The notes under the pieces: generated by a model
The model's input: only the letters and a program-made list of their open reading frames with translations
What the model was told of the DNA's origin: nothing
Database searches by the model: none
Shown here: in pieces, positions 10,098 to 18,139 of the stretch
Layout of the letters: every line of letters starts with the position of its first letter
Position numbering within the stretch: position 1 is the stretch's first letter
Position numbers and translations under genes: made by a program
Assembly: GCA_035515335.1 (NCBI GenBank)
Contig: DATJBN010000064.1
Location: 1-38,504, forward strand
Direction: 5' to 3'
Length of the DNA stretch: 38,504 nt
Source: Syntrophales bacterium
Lineage (GTDB): Bacteria; Desulfobacterota; Syntrophia; Syntrophales; UBA2185

Positions 10098-10126
10098 TTG
10101 AGATAAATGCCGACATGGGGTAATAT
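10098..10126 (+). promoter_or_regulatory. Sigma70-type promoter candidate for glyA (TTGAGA-N17-TAATAT)
   Basis: Hexamers at 10098-10103 and 10121-10126, about 40 nt upstream of ATG 10166. Confidence 0.4.
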
Positions 10127-10165
10127 GCCCGCGCTTTGCTACAAAAACAGCAGGAGGACGCATTC

Positions 10166-11536
10166 ATGAATTTTCCCCACATTAGGAAGCAGGACCCCGC
10201 AATCTACAGGCTGATCAAACAGGAGGAAGAGAAGCAGCAATATAAACTGTCGATGATTCCCTCGGAAAATTTTTCCAGTCCGGCGGTGCGGGAGGCGCTG
10301 TCATCAGTATTTGTGCATAAATATGCCGAGGGATATGCCCATAAAAGATATTATGAAGGAAACCAGTTCGTGGACAATCTTGAAGAGCTCTGCATCAAGC
10401 GGGCGAGGAAAGCCTTCACGCTGCCCGATGACTGGCACGTGAACGTCCAGCCCCTGGCGGGGGGAAACTCGAACCTGGCCGTCTATAACGGCCTTTTGGA
10501 GACCGGGGATACGATCCTCAGTATGTATCTGCCGGATGGCGGACATCTCTCACACGGCTGGTCATTTCCCGAAAAGGAAGAGCAGGGATTGGGAGGTCAG
10601 GTTGAACAGGCCATCTATCTCGGCGGAAAAAGAAAAATAAGTATCGTCTCCAAAATATTTAAAGTAGTGCAGTACAAAGTGGAACCTCATAAGAGGCTCT
10701 TCGATTATGACAAGATCGCGGAGATCGCAAAAGAGTATCGCCCGAAGATGATCATCTCCGGCGGCACCGCGTACCCGCGTGAAATCAACTATGACGCCCT
10801 GAGTGCTATTGCGAGACAGGTCGGCGCCTATTATCTTGCGGATATTGCGCATGAGGCGGGATTGGTGGCGGCAGGCGCCAATAAGTCGCCCGTGGGGAAG
10901 GCCGATATTGTCACCTTCACGACACACAAGACGATTCGCGGGCCCAGAGGCGCCGTTATCCTGTGCAGAGGCGAGCTCGCGGAGAAAATCGATTTCGGCG
11001 TGTTTCCCGGCCTGCAGGGCGGGCCTTTCGAACACACAATCTGCTCCCTTGCCGTTTGTCTTAAAGAGGCGGCCACGCCGGCATTCAAAAGATATGCGTT
11101 CCAGGTGGTGAAGAACGCGAAGAGGCTAGCGCATAGATTCATGGAGAAAGGATATGACGTGGTCTCGGGAGGCACGGATAAGCACCTTGTGCTCATCGAT
11201 TTACGGAACAAAAATCTTTCCGGTCGCAATCCCGCACGCGCCCTGGATGTCGCGGGTATAATAATGAACCGCAATTCCGTTCCCAATGAGACAGGGTCTC
11301 CGATGAACCCGTCGGGACTCCGCATGGGCACGCCAACCGTTACTACACGGGGCATGAAAGAAAAGGAGATGGATATGATCGCCGGATGGGTTGATCGTGT
11401 AATTAACCTGGTTGCCCCTTACTGCGATCTCAAGCCTGCTGAATTTGAGGCTAAGATCAGGAACATGAGCGAGCTAAAGAAAACCGCGGTAGAAGTGAAG
11501 GCATTGTGTAAGAAGTACCCTCTCGACATGGGCTGA
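10166..11536 (+). CDS. glyA: Serine hydroxymethyltransferase
   Basis: SMIPSENF, GGHLSHG and the PLP-lysine motif TTHKTIRGPRG are present. AGGAGG lies 7 nt upstream of ATG 10166, whereas the track start at 10136 is a TTG. Confidence 0.93.
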   Translation: MNFPHIRKQDPAIYRLIKQEEEKQQYKLSMIPSENFSSPAVREALSSVFVHKYAEGYAHKRYYEGNQFVDNLEELCIKRARKAFTLPDDWHVNVQPLAGGNSNLAVYNGLLETGDTILSMYLPDGGHLSHGWSFPEKEEQGLGGQVEQAIYLGGKRKISIVSKIFKVVQYKVEPHKRLFDYDKIAEIAKEYRPKMIISGGTAYPREINYDALSAIARQVGAYYLADIAHEAGLVAAGANKSPVGKADIVTFTTHKTIRGPRGAVILCRGELAEKIDFGVFPGLQGGPFEHTICSLAVCLKEAATPAFKRYAFQVVKNAKRLAHRFMEKGYDVVSGGTDKHLVLIDLRNKNLSGRNPARALDVAGIIMNRNSVPNETGSPMNPSGLRMGTPTVTTRGMKEKEMDMIAGWVDRVINLVAPYCDLKPAEFEAKIRNMSELKKTAVEVKALCKKYPLDMG

Positions 11537-11617
11537 TATCACGACCGGGCGAGAATGATATGACAGTCAGGGTCTCACCCGGCCCTAAAGGAGGCTGAAA
11601 TATTTTTGCCCAGGGTC

Positions 11618-11653
11618 GACACCTGCTCAAGGAGATTTCCATGAGCAGGTGTC
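11618..11653. terminator. Perfect 12-bp hairpin (GACACCTGCTCA / TGAGCAGGTGTC, 12-nt loop) between convergent glyA and the 11706-11978 gene
   Basis: The inverted repeat is seen directly. It has no strong T tract on either side, so it may be a terminator or a stabiliser. Confidence 0.45.
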
Positions 11654-11705
11654 ATCTATATTATAAGACATGCCCGGAAAGGAGGGGGAGATAGCAAAAA
11701 TACAA

Positions 11706-11978
11706 TTACTCTCTGTTATGAATCAAGCCTATCGTAGCCAGGAGAAGTACCGCCAGGCCGAAGGCTATATATAAGACGGTGACGCGGTTTAGCCGCAATT
11801 CTCCTCTCTCCGTGAACAGCAATACGTTTGAGATGTAGCTCCAGTATATCAAAAAGGTATAATTGAGAAGCAATGCTATTCTCGGGTAACCGAAAATCAA
11901 TATGAGGGTGGTTAAGGACAGCAGCATGAGGATGTGAGAAAGCTGCAACGAAAGTTTTGCTGTCAGTAACGGCTCCAT
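11706..11978 (-). CDS. Small three-TM membrane protein (90 aa)
   Basis: Hydrophobic segments are present, and AAGGAAGG lies 5 nt upstream of the ATG. I recognise no family. Confidence 0.55.
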   Translation of the reverse strand: MEPLLTAKLSLQLSHILMLLSLTTLILIFGYPRIALLLNYTFLIYWSYISNVLLFTERGELRLNRVTVLYIAFGLAVLLLATIGLIHNRE

Positions 11979-12140
11979 CTTTCCTTCCTTTTCTTTTCAA
12001 AACACTCATTTCCTTTTGCCGGTTATTTTTCCGTTTCTTTGATCGTAGCCTAAGATATGCGGGAGAGAAAAGCAGTGATAATAATCACACTCCGTAGAAA
12101 TTTCCGTATAAGGATTCCGTGTTGGTTTCCCTGAAGCGCA

Positions 12141-12180
12141 AACAAAAAAGGCACCCACGCATTGCGAGCGGTGCCTTTTC
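12141..12180 (-). terminator. Rho-independent terminator of the cold-shock gene
   Basis: The minus-strand transcript reads AAAAGGCACCGCTCGCAATGCGTGGGTGCCTTTTTTGTTT, a GGCACC/GGTGCC stem followed by a T tract. Confidence 0.7.
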
Positions 12181-12199
12181 TATCGGTATTAAATATATC

Positions 12200-12400
12200 T
12201 TATAAAGTCTTTACATTGACGGCGGCCGGGCCTTTTGGGCTCTGCTGAATATCGAATTTGACGCGCTGACCCTCAGCCAATGTCCTGAAGCCCGTATCTT
12301 GAATGGCGGTGAAATGAACAAATACGTCGCCGCCTTCATCATTAGCTATAAATCCGAATCCCTTCTTCTCATTAAACCACTTGACAACTCCTTCTGACAC
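12200..12400 (-). CDS. cspA: Cold-shock protein (CspA family)
   Basis: [15 protein letters not shown] (RNP1) and DVFVHF (RNP2) in a 66-aa protein. It has a GTG start with an AAAGGAGGAGG RBS. Confidence 0.95.
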   Translation of the reverse strand: MSEGVVKWFNEKKGFGFIANDEGGDVFVHFTAIQDTGFRTLAEGQRVKFDIQQSPKGPAAVNVKTL

Positions 12401-12683
12401 TGTATTCCTCCTCCTTTCTTAGATTTTTCAAAAGTTGGATTTCCACGTTGACAGAAAGAGCAGTTCACCATAGTCCAAGTGGATATAATGGCTTACCTTA
12501 TGCTGCAAGATGACTCTACCCAACTTTTTATTATCCCTGAAGCGCAAAAAGGTCTCTTTCTCCGGGGCCTGTTTATCTATTATGAGCTTTTCCCCATTGT
12601 CAAGTATTTTCTGTAACAATTTTGGTGCAAAAAGCTCGGCCCGGCAGGAATTAAGGCAAGTTTTTGAAGGAATTCAGCCGTCT

Positions 12684-13595
12684 CTACCTGAGACTGACTC
12701 CCTGGACGGTTCGGGAAATGATCTGATTGATGGCGGGCATCGCCTGGAGGGCCGCTTTCTCGCCTTCGAGGATAGCCTCATGCCTCTTTCCGAAATCGGA
12801 GGCCCCTATGTGCCCGACATTGGGTCTGATAACTACGTCTGCCCGGGCCAGTTGCGTCTGCGCGATCTTGGCGTGCATGATGTCTACGGACTGCAATATC
12901 GTTTCTATGGTGCTTCTGGGCGGCGAGTTTGCGAGATTCGATGAGATGTCTACGGCAATGACAACATCCGCACCGTACCGTCTCGCGGCATCAACGGCCA
13001 CGGGGCTTACAACCCCTCCGTCTACGTAAGTGCCATCGGAAAGTTTTACGGGCCTGAAGATACCGGGGATGGAGCAGCTTGCCCTCACCGCCGTTCCCGT
13101 ATTCCCTTTACCGAATACGACTTCTTCTCCCGTCTGTATATTTGTGGCGACTGCATAAAATGCGGTCTGCAGCTTTTCGATCGGTGTATCCCGCAACGCC
13201 CAGTTGACATAATTTTCCAGCTTCTCACCCTTCACGAACCCGTTATCGGGAATGGTGAGGTCCACGATGTCATCCCTCTGAATGGAAAGGGCCATGGTTT
13301 GAAGCGTGAATGCGTCGATCCCGTATGCATAGAGGCTTCCGACAAAGCTCCCTGCACTGGTGCCGACTATCATGTGGATTGGGACCCTGTTCGTTTCGAG
13401 GATCTTAAGTACACCGATGTGTGCAAAGCCCCTGGAGGCGCCAGCCCCCATGACAACGGCAATCTTGACCGGCTTTGTGGGAGGCGGTACTGAAGCAGGC
13501 TTCGCGACGCATCCGAGCACAAGAAAAACAAGTGCTGCTGAGACGACCGATAGTGAACGAAACTTTAATCTGTAGAAAAGATATGTTCTTTCCAT
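12684..13595 (-). CDS. Patatin-like phospholipase, predicted lipoprotein
   Basis: GAGASRGFAHIGVLK (oxyanion GxGxxG), GTSAGS (GxSxG) and the DGG Asp motif. The N-terminal signal carries a LVLGC lipobox. Confidence 0.85.
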   Translation of the reverse strand: MERTYLFYRLKFRSLSVVSAALVFLVLGCVAKPASVPPPTKPVKIAVVMGAGASRGFAHIGVLKILETNRVPIHMIVGTSAGSFVGSLYAYGIDAFTLQTMALSIQRDDIVDLTIPDNGFVKGEKLENYVNWALRDTPIEKLQTAFYAVATNIQTGEEVVFGKGNTGTAVRASCSIPGIFRPVKLSDGTYVDGGVVSPVAVDAARRYGADVVIAVDISSNLANSPPRSTIETILQSVDIMHAKIAQTQLARADVVIRPNVGHIGASDFGKRHEAILEGEKAALQAMPAINQIISRTVQGVSLR

Positions 13596-13605
13596 ATTGC
13601 GGATT

Positions 13606-13636
13606 GGTCAGAAGGGCCGGCAACGCCCTTCTGACC
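13606..13636 (-). other. Perfect 12-bp intercistronic hairpin (GGTCAGAAGGGC / GCCCTTCTGACC, 7-nt loop) between the Cache and patatin genes
   Basis: The inverted repeat is seen directly. The absence of a T tract suggests an mRNA processing or stability element, or a partial terminator. Confidence 0.5.
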
Positions 13637-13648
13637 ATTTGGGCAGAC

Positions 13649-14101
13649 TTATTTATAGTATCCGCAGGCAACAATGAGGTCACCCACTTTTTCGAAGAAG
13701 ATCGACTTGGCCTCCAGCTTTTTGCTTACCGGGTTGGTCCACTTGTAATCCATGGTTCCCCTCCCCTTTGCATTGGCCTCATCGATTGTTGCTTTAATGA
13801 ATTTTTTCCCGTCCGAGTCCTTAAGATCAATCAGAGGCTTTCCAATCAGTGCGTGATTTGCGCCATGGGATACGACAACTCCCTTCTGATCCAGCACATA
13901 GATATACAGATCATCCTTCACAAACTGTCCCTTCATGTCGTCGAAGGCCGCAAATGCCTTGGCCTGTCCGTTTGCCTTGAGATATGCAACGGCCTTATCC
14001 AGCATGGTCTTCGCTTCTTTAGCCGTGCCCCTCGCCATCGCGACGGAAGTCATCCCTACTATGAGGCCCACCACCAAGATTACTGCTATCAGTTTTTTCA
14101 T
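13649..14101 (-). CDS. Secreted single-Cache (sCache_2-like) domain protein
   Basis: Signal peptide, then YIYVLDQKGVVVSHGANHALIGKPLIDLKDSDGKKF and DYKWTNP...K motifs typical of stand-alone Cache domains. It has a strong AAGGAGAGGGG RBS. Confidence 0.75.
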   Translation of the reverse strand: MKKLIAVILVVGLIVGMTSVAMARGTAKEAKTMLDKAVAYLKANGQAKAFAAFDDMKGQFVKDDLYIYVLDQKGVVVSHGANHALIGKPLIDLKDSDGKKFIKATIDEANAKGRGTMDYKWTNPVSKKLEAKSIFFEKVGDLIVACGYYK

Positions 14102-14234
14102 TTTCCCCTCTCCTTTTTTACGTCTTGGGATTGTGCCACTTATCTTTCGACGGCATCTTTAATTTGACCGATGCGTTTGCTGAAATGTCACCTCCTTTCC
14201 TGTAGCTGCCGTCGGGAAATAAAGAGGCTGCACC

Positions 14235-14263
14235 AACCGTTCAGGTGTCTCTGATGAACGGTT
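14235..14263 (-). terminator. Hairpin at the 3' end of the transglutaminase gene (AACCGTTCA / TGAACGGTT, 11-nt loop)
   Basis: A 9-bp perfect inverted repeat overlaps the stop codon. There is no clear T tract. Confidence 0.35.
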
Positions 14264-15954
14264 CATTTAGCCGTAAGACCGCTTACACGGTAATTGAATT
14301 CATAGTTCAGGGCGCCGCTCCAGTTCTGCTGGAATACGCTCTTGTAGCGCGTCCCGTCGACAGGTCCCACAGGCTTCCCGTAAGTGTAGAACCAGTTGAC
14401 GATGGGGCTTCCCGTAAAACCGAGGGCAATCCAGTAGGAACCGGGCATAAGGATCGGATTATCCCGGCCGAAATCGAAGTCCGTCCATCTGTATCCGGGC
14501 TTGAGCGAGAGTTGATCGAGATTGACGAAGTCGCTTGTTGCAATCGGCTGTCCCGGCTTACCCTGATCATCCTGAAAGAGGTCGACCCAGAGCAGGCCGT
14601 CACCGCCGAACTTGTGCAGGGCGAGCCCGACTTTCTGCAGTTTGACGGGTTTTCTCAGAACGACGACCTGGGCATATTGGGTGAGATTTGTGGTTACGTA
14701 TTCGGCCGTCTCAACGAGGAAATTCCTGGACATCTCAAATTGATTCACCCCAGAGGCCTTGGTCACCCGCGGAAACGCAAAGTCCACATTTTCAGGAAAC
14801 TCTAGGTTGCCGTAAACAAACGGTACCTCATAGCGAAGCCCCTTCTTCTCTTCTTCGGATATTACGGGGGGCGGCGGTGGCGGAGTTACCTCGATCTGCT
14901 TGAACTCGGCCTTCACCAGCGGAGAGAGAAGCAGATTCTTGGGACCGTAAGCCTCTCGGGCTCCCTTCACATTGACCTTGTCGCTGTTGAAATTTGCCGC
15001 GATGCTTTCCTGTAGCTTCGGCCTCTCCGCCTGTTTCATTTGAGCCCATTTCAGAAGCCCGTCGTTCTTTGTCTCGTTGTTGTCTACGCCGACCTCTATA
15101 CGAAGGTAGCGCGTCGACACGAAGAGCATGGTATTCTGGGGGTCAAACGGCACCCAACCAAGCTGCGGAAACCAGACCTCAACCCAGGAATGGCGCCCCT
15201 GGCCCATCTTGAATGTCAGGGTCCCTTTCTGCCAGGCGATGTCAAAAGGCTGGTTGAACGTCACGCCGTTCACTATCCGGACGGGTATGCCGACGGAGCG
15301 AAGCAGGGCAGCACTGAGGTGGGAAAAATTCTGGCAATTTCCCTTGCCCGATTCCAGTGAGTACACCGCGTCATACCGTGGCGGAGGAGTGACGTAGCGG
15401 ACGTGATCTACAACCCAGGCGATTATTCGCTGCACGGCGTCGAATTCAGTCGTTACTCCGCCGGTAAGCTTGGCTGCTAGTTCGCGCACGCGGGGGTCAT
15501 TGGATTGCACCTGTTCGGTCGGCTTAAGATAATCGGCAAGGTCAGGCTTCACTGCGCCGATGGGGAAAGGATCCTGTGTTGCAAGTGATGGCAACTTCGT
15601 CTCGCTCTGGGCGTCGCAGACAAGGCGCACGTCAATCACATCGGGCGGTCTTATCCATGTTGCAACGACGATCTGGTTGCCACGCCCATCGGAGGTGTTC
15701 TTCTTCTCCTGCGGCTCGGGAGAGAAAACGAGGCCGAATTTCTTGATCTCCTGGCTTGTCGTCGGCGACTGGAAATTCTGGGGCACGACGAAACTGAGGG
15801 TCATCTTCTGGATGCCTCCCCCGGCCGTCACCTGCTCCTGAAGCTCGTAGCGGATGTTCGCCCCCATATCTCCCTTTACGGTGTAATTCTCTGCCGTTGC
15901 AAGGGCAGGCCATATTAAAATCATGCTGAGCAAGGCAGTGAATATTCTTTTCAT
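14263..15954 (-). CDS. Transglutaminase-like cysteine-protease-fold protein, secreted, with a poly-Pro linker and an uncharacterised C-terminal domain
   Basis: Cys-His-Asp core: GKGNCQNFSHL, GRHSWVEVW, VPFDP. It also has a signal peptide, a PPPPPPV linker, and a C-terminal region of about 200 aa that I cannot assign. Confidence 0.85.
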   Translation of the reverse strand: MKRIFTALLSMILIWPALATAENYTVKGDMGANIRYELQEQVTAGGGIQKMTLSFVVPQNFQSPTTSQEIKKFGLVFSPEPQEKKNTSDGRGNQIVVATWIRPPDVIDVRLVCDAQSETKLPSLATQDPFPIGAVKPDLADYLKPTEQVQSNDPRVRELAAKLTGGVTTEFDAVQRIIAWVVDHVRYVTPPPRYDAVYSLESGKGNCQNFSHLSAALLRSVGIPVRIVNGVTFNQPFDIAWQKGTLTFKMGQGRHSWVEVWFPQLGWVPFDPQNTMLFVSTRYLRIEVGVDNNETKNDGLLKWAQMKQAERPKLQESIAANFNSDKVNVKGAREAYGPKNLLLSPLVKAEFKQIEVTPPPPPPVISEEEKKGLRYEVPFVYGNLEFPENVDFAFPRVTKASGVNQFEMSRNFLVETAEYVTTNLTQYAQVVVLRKPVKLQKVGLALHKFGGDGLLWVDLFQDDQGKPGQPIATSDFVNLDQLSLKPGYRWTDFDFGRDNPILMPGSYWIALGFTGSPIVNWFYTYGKPVGPVDGTRYKSVFQQNWSGALNYEFNYRVSGLTAK

Positions 15955-15972
15955 CGATTTGCTCCTTTCAAA

Positions 15973-16563
15973 TTAGAACGCCGCAGGTTTGCAGATTATT
16001 TCCCTCACCTTAAGATCGAAGAATCTGGCGCTGTTTGCGGGCTTGATAATGAGGGCGGAATCTATGCCGCTCCCGGTTCCTCCTGCCGCTATCACATCTT
16101 CGTCGGTCCTCACGAGGCCGCAATCTGTCGCCATCAACGTAATTTCGATCGCAACCTTCACGCCCTGACCGAATACGCGGAGCGTATAAGCCATGATCTC
16201 ATCCACCTGGTAAGTGTCTAATTTGTTCCTCACGCCGCGGCCGACTCCTCCGAAGGCGTGCTGGCAGGTCAGGACTTTTACGCCGCGGGACTCCAGTTCT
16301 GCTCTATCCTTTTCTGGCAACTCCTGAAGATCGGGCTTCGCATATCCTGTTACATGTGTGACGGCGATAATCTTGACGTCTTTGTCAAAGACCTTAAGGG
16401 CCTCGAAGGCCGTTCGTCCGCTCACAGTGGCCATCAGCACCTTCCCGATGGAAAGCTCGCGCGCCCTCCTCGCTACTGCTTCAAGGACGGCCTTCGTGTT
16501 CCTTCCCCCCGGCTTTAGAAAATAACGACAGGGTATGTCGCTGTAGCGGGATGGTTCAGTCAT
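15973..16563 (-). CDS. Pyruvate-kinase C-terminal (alpha/beta) domain-like protein
   Basis: The sequence ...NTKAVLEAVARRARELSIGKVLMATVSGRTAFEALKV...IIAVTH...QHAFGG resembles stand-alone PK_C-like proteins. I prefer ATG 16563 (GGGAGAGG upstream) over GTG 16587. Confidence 0.7.
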   Translation of the reverse strand: MTEPSRYSDIPCRYFLKPGGRNTKAVLEAVARRARELSIGKVLMATVSGRTAFEALKVFDKDVKIIAVTHVTGYAKPDLQELPEKDRAELESRGVKVLTCQHAFGGVGRGVRNKLDTYQVDEIMAYTLRVFGQGVKVAIEITLMATDCGLVRTDEDVIAAGGTGSGIDSALIIKPANSARFFDLKVREIICKPAAF

Positions 16564-16606
16564 GGCAGCTTGCCTCTCCCAGATCACTCTTTGAAAAAAG
16601 TATCAT
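16556..16606 (-). CDS. Candidate 16-aa leader peptide (MILFSKSDLGEASCHD) overlapping the start of the PK_C-like gene
   Basis: GGAGAAAGGAG lies 9 nt upstream of ATG 16606. Its TGA overlaps the main ATG in an ATGACTGA arrangement. Confidence 0.25.
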   Translation of the reverse strand: MILFSKSDLGEASCHD

Positions 16607-16704
16607 TAAGGTGACTCCTTTCTCCTGCACGTTGCAACAAGAACGCAACCAACGGGAGCCCTGGAAAAAGCCGATGCTGTTTCAGGTGCGGAATTACAAG
16701 GGTA

Positions 16705-16733
16705 GTTATAGGCAAGCGCGTGCCCTCTGTCAA
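16705..16733 (-). promoter_or_regulatory. Near-consensus sigma70 promoter (TTGACA-N17-TATAAC) for the PK_C-like / transglutaminase operon
   Basis: On the minus strand the -35 is at 16728-16733 and the -10 at 16705-16710. This implies a leader of about 135 nt. Confidence 0.45.
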
Positions 16734-16861
16734 TCATAAAGTTGACCCGTTTTTCTCTTCTTTGCAGAGCTCGAAAATACAAAATATCATTTGACAAAAT
16801 GATTTAAGTGTATAGGTTAAGGGCCAATACAATGCGAGCAACAACCCGAAAGGAGCATATA

Positions 16862-17176
16862 ATGTTCGAAGTTACGGAAAAAGCGGTTGAGATGATTCAG
16901 GACTTTCTCAAGGACAGAACCGGGGAACATACGATCAGGATCACAATGAATGAAGGCGGGTGATCCGGGCCCTCTCTGGGCATGGCTCTGGATGAGCCGA
17001 GAGAAGGCGACGAAACATTTAAGAAGAATGGGCTCGTGTTCATTATCAACAAAGAGATATTTGAGCTGGCAAAACCGATCGGGGTCGATTTTATCACGAC
17101 GCCGCAGGGAAGCGGATTCAGGCTGACTTCAAGCCTGGATGCGGGTAGCGCTTGCGGCCGGTCATGCAGTTGCTGA
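16862..17176 (+). CDS. HesB/IscA-like Fe-S assembly protein, predicted selenoprotein (TGA 16961-16963 read as Sec)
   Basis: ATG 16862 has AGGAG 8 nt upstream. The translation is MFEVTEKAVEMIQDFLKDRTGEHTIRITMNEGG-U-SGPSLGMALDEP...CGRSCSC. The U aligns with the Cys of the G-C-S-G motif of IscA/HesB, and a hairpin follows the TGA. Confidence 0.75.
16969..17008 (+). promoter_or_regulatory. SECIS-like stem-loop 6-45 nt downstream of the in-frame TGA
   Basis: Apical stem GGCTC/GAGCC (16984-16988 and 16994-16998) with loop TGGAT. The lower stem CTCTC/GAGAG extends with GCC/GGC across a small bulge. Confidence 0.5.
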
Positions 17177-17191
17177 AATTGCGGGTTCTCT

Positions 17192-18139
17192 ATGACTGAA
17201 GAAGGGAAGGCGGATTCTCTTCGATGTCTCGCCGATGACCTCATCAGGGCGAAAAGATACAACGATGCGATTCCTCTCTACGAGAAACTCGTTGAATTGC
17301 ATCCGGACGAGGATTCCCTCCTTCTATCTTTGGCATGGGCCTATCACGACAGCGGAAGGCAGGGTGATGCCGTCGCCTGTTTTGAGCGGTTGCTGGAAAT
17401 TGAACTTAAGCGAGATGTCTTCACCGGTTTTGCATTCGATGAACTGGTGAGGATCTTCAAGGAAACTGGAGATCACGAGCAGCTCGTTGCCGTATGCGAG
17501 AGGGTTGCTGCAGCCCAGCCGGATGACGTGGCGCTGCTTAATGATCTCGGGCATGCATATCTGATGGCCGGGATGCCCCTGGCGTCCGTCGAGGTATTCA
17601 CAAAAATGACGGACATGGAGCCGGATGCATCCGCCAATTATTGCAATCTGGGCAACGCCCTCATCCAGATGCGTGATTTTGACGGCGCCGAATCGGCATA
17701 CAGAAAAGCAGTAGAGATCGATCCATCGGAGACAGGCTCATTCTACAACAAGCTTGCCAATTCGTATCTTGATGCAGGCCATTACGGGATGGCGGAGAGG
17801 GCCTTCCGAAGATGTCTCGAGTTCCGCCCCGATGAAACCATGTACATGTGTAGCCTTGGCGATATCCTTGTGAAGATGGGGAGGATTGACGAGGCTGTCG
17901 ACATGTACGAAAGAGCTACAGATACAGGGCGTGTTCAAGCGGGCGCTTACAGCAATAGACTGGGCAACACCCTCGCCAGGGAAAATCATCACAGGGCCGC
18001 AATTGAGGCTTTCGAAAAGGCCATTGCGGCCGACCCCCGCAATCCCTTCTATTACATCCACCTTGCCGATTCATATAAAGCGATCGGCCTCACCGATCGT
18101 GCGGAAGAAACCCTCCGCCGTGCAGAGTCTCTGAAATAA
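17192..18139 (+). CDS. TPR-repeat protein
   Basis: Repeated A..Y.kA..ldP-type 34-aa units run throughout. It starts 16 nt after the HesB-like stop. Confidence 0.8.
   Translation: MTEEGKADSLRCLADDLIRAKRYNDAIPLYEKLVELHPDEDSLLLSLAWAYHDSGRQGDAVACFERLLEIELKRDVFTGFAFDELVRIFKETGDHEQLVAVCERVAAAQPDDVALLNDLGHAYLMAGMPLASVEVFTKMTDMEPDASANYCNLGNALIQMRDFDGAESAYRKAVEIDPSETGSFYNKLANSYLDAGHYGMAERAFRRCLEFRPDETMYMCSLGDILVKMGRIDEAVDMYERATDTGRVQAGAYSNRLGNTLARENHHRAAIEAFEKAIAADPRNPFYYIHLADSYKAIGLTDRAEETLRRAESLK

Noticed and set aside
11630-11694. AGGAG-N7-ATG sits in the loop of the 11618-11653 hairpin and opens a 17-codon ORF (MSRCHLYYKTCPERRGR).
   Set aside because: The start codon forms part of the stem of a hairpin located between convergent genes. 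It is most simply a terminator or stabiliser, with nothing to support coding.
12428-12619. A 63-aa ORF lies directly upstream of the cold-shock gene.
   Set aside because: It has a TTG start without an SD and overlaps the best promoter-like hexamer (TTGACA at 12605-12610). The region is better explained as the long csp 5' leader.
16897-17262. A 121-aa minus-strand ORF overlaps the HesB-like gene.
   Set aside because: It is antisense to a motif-supported, SD-preceded gene, and its product has low-complexity composition.
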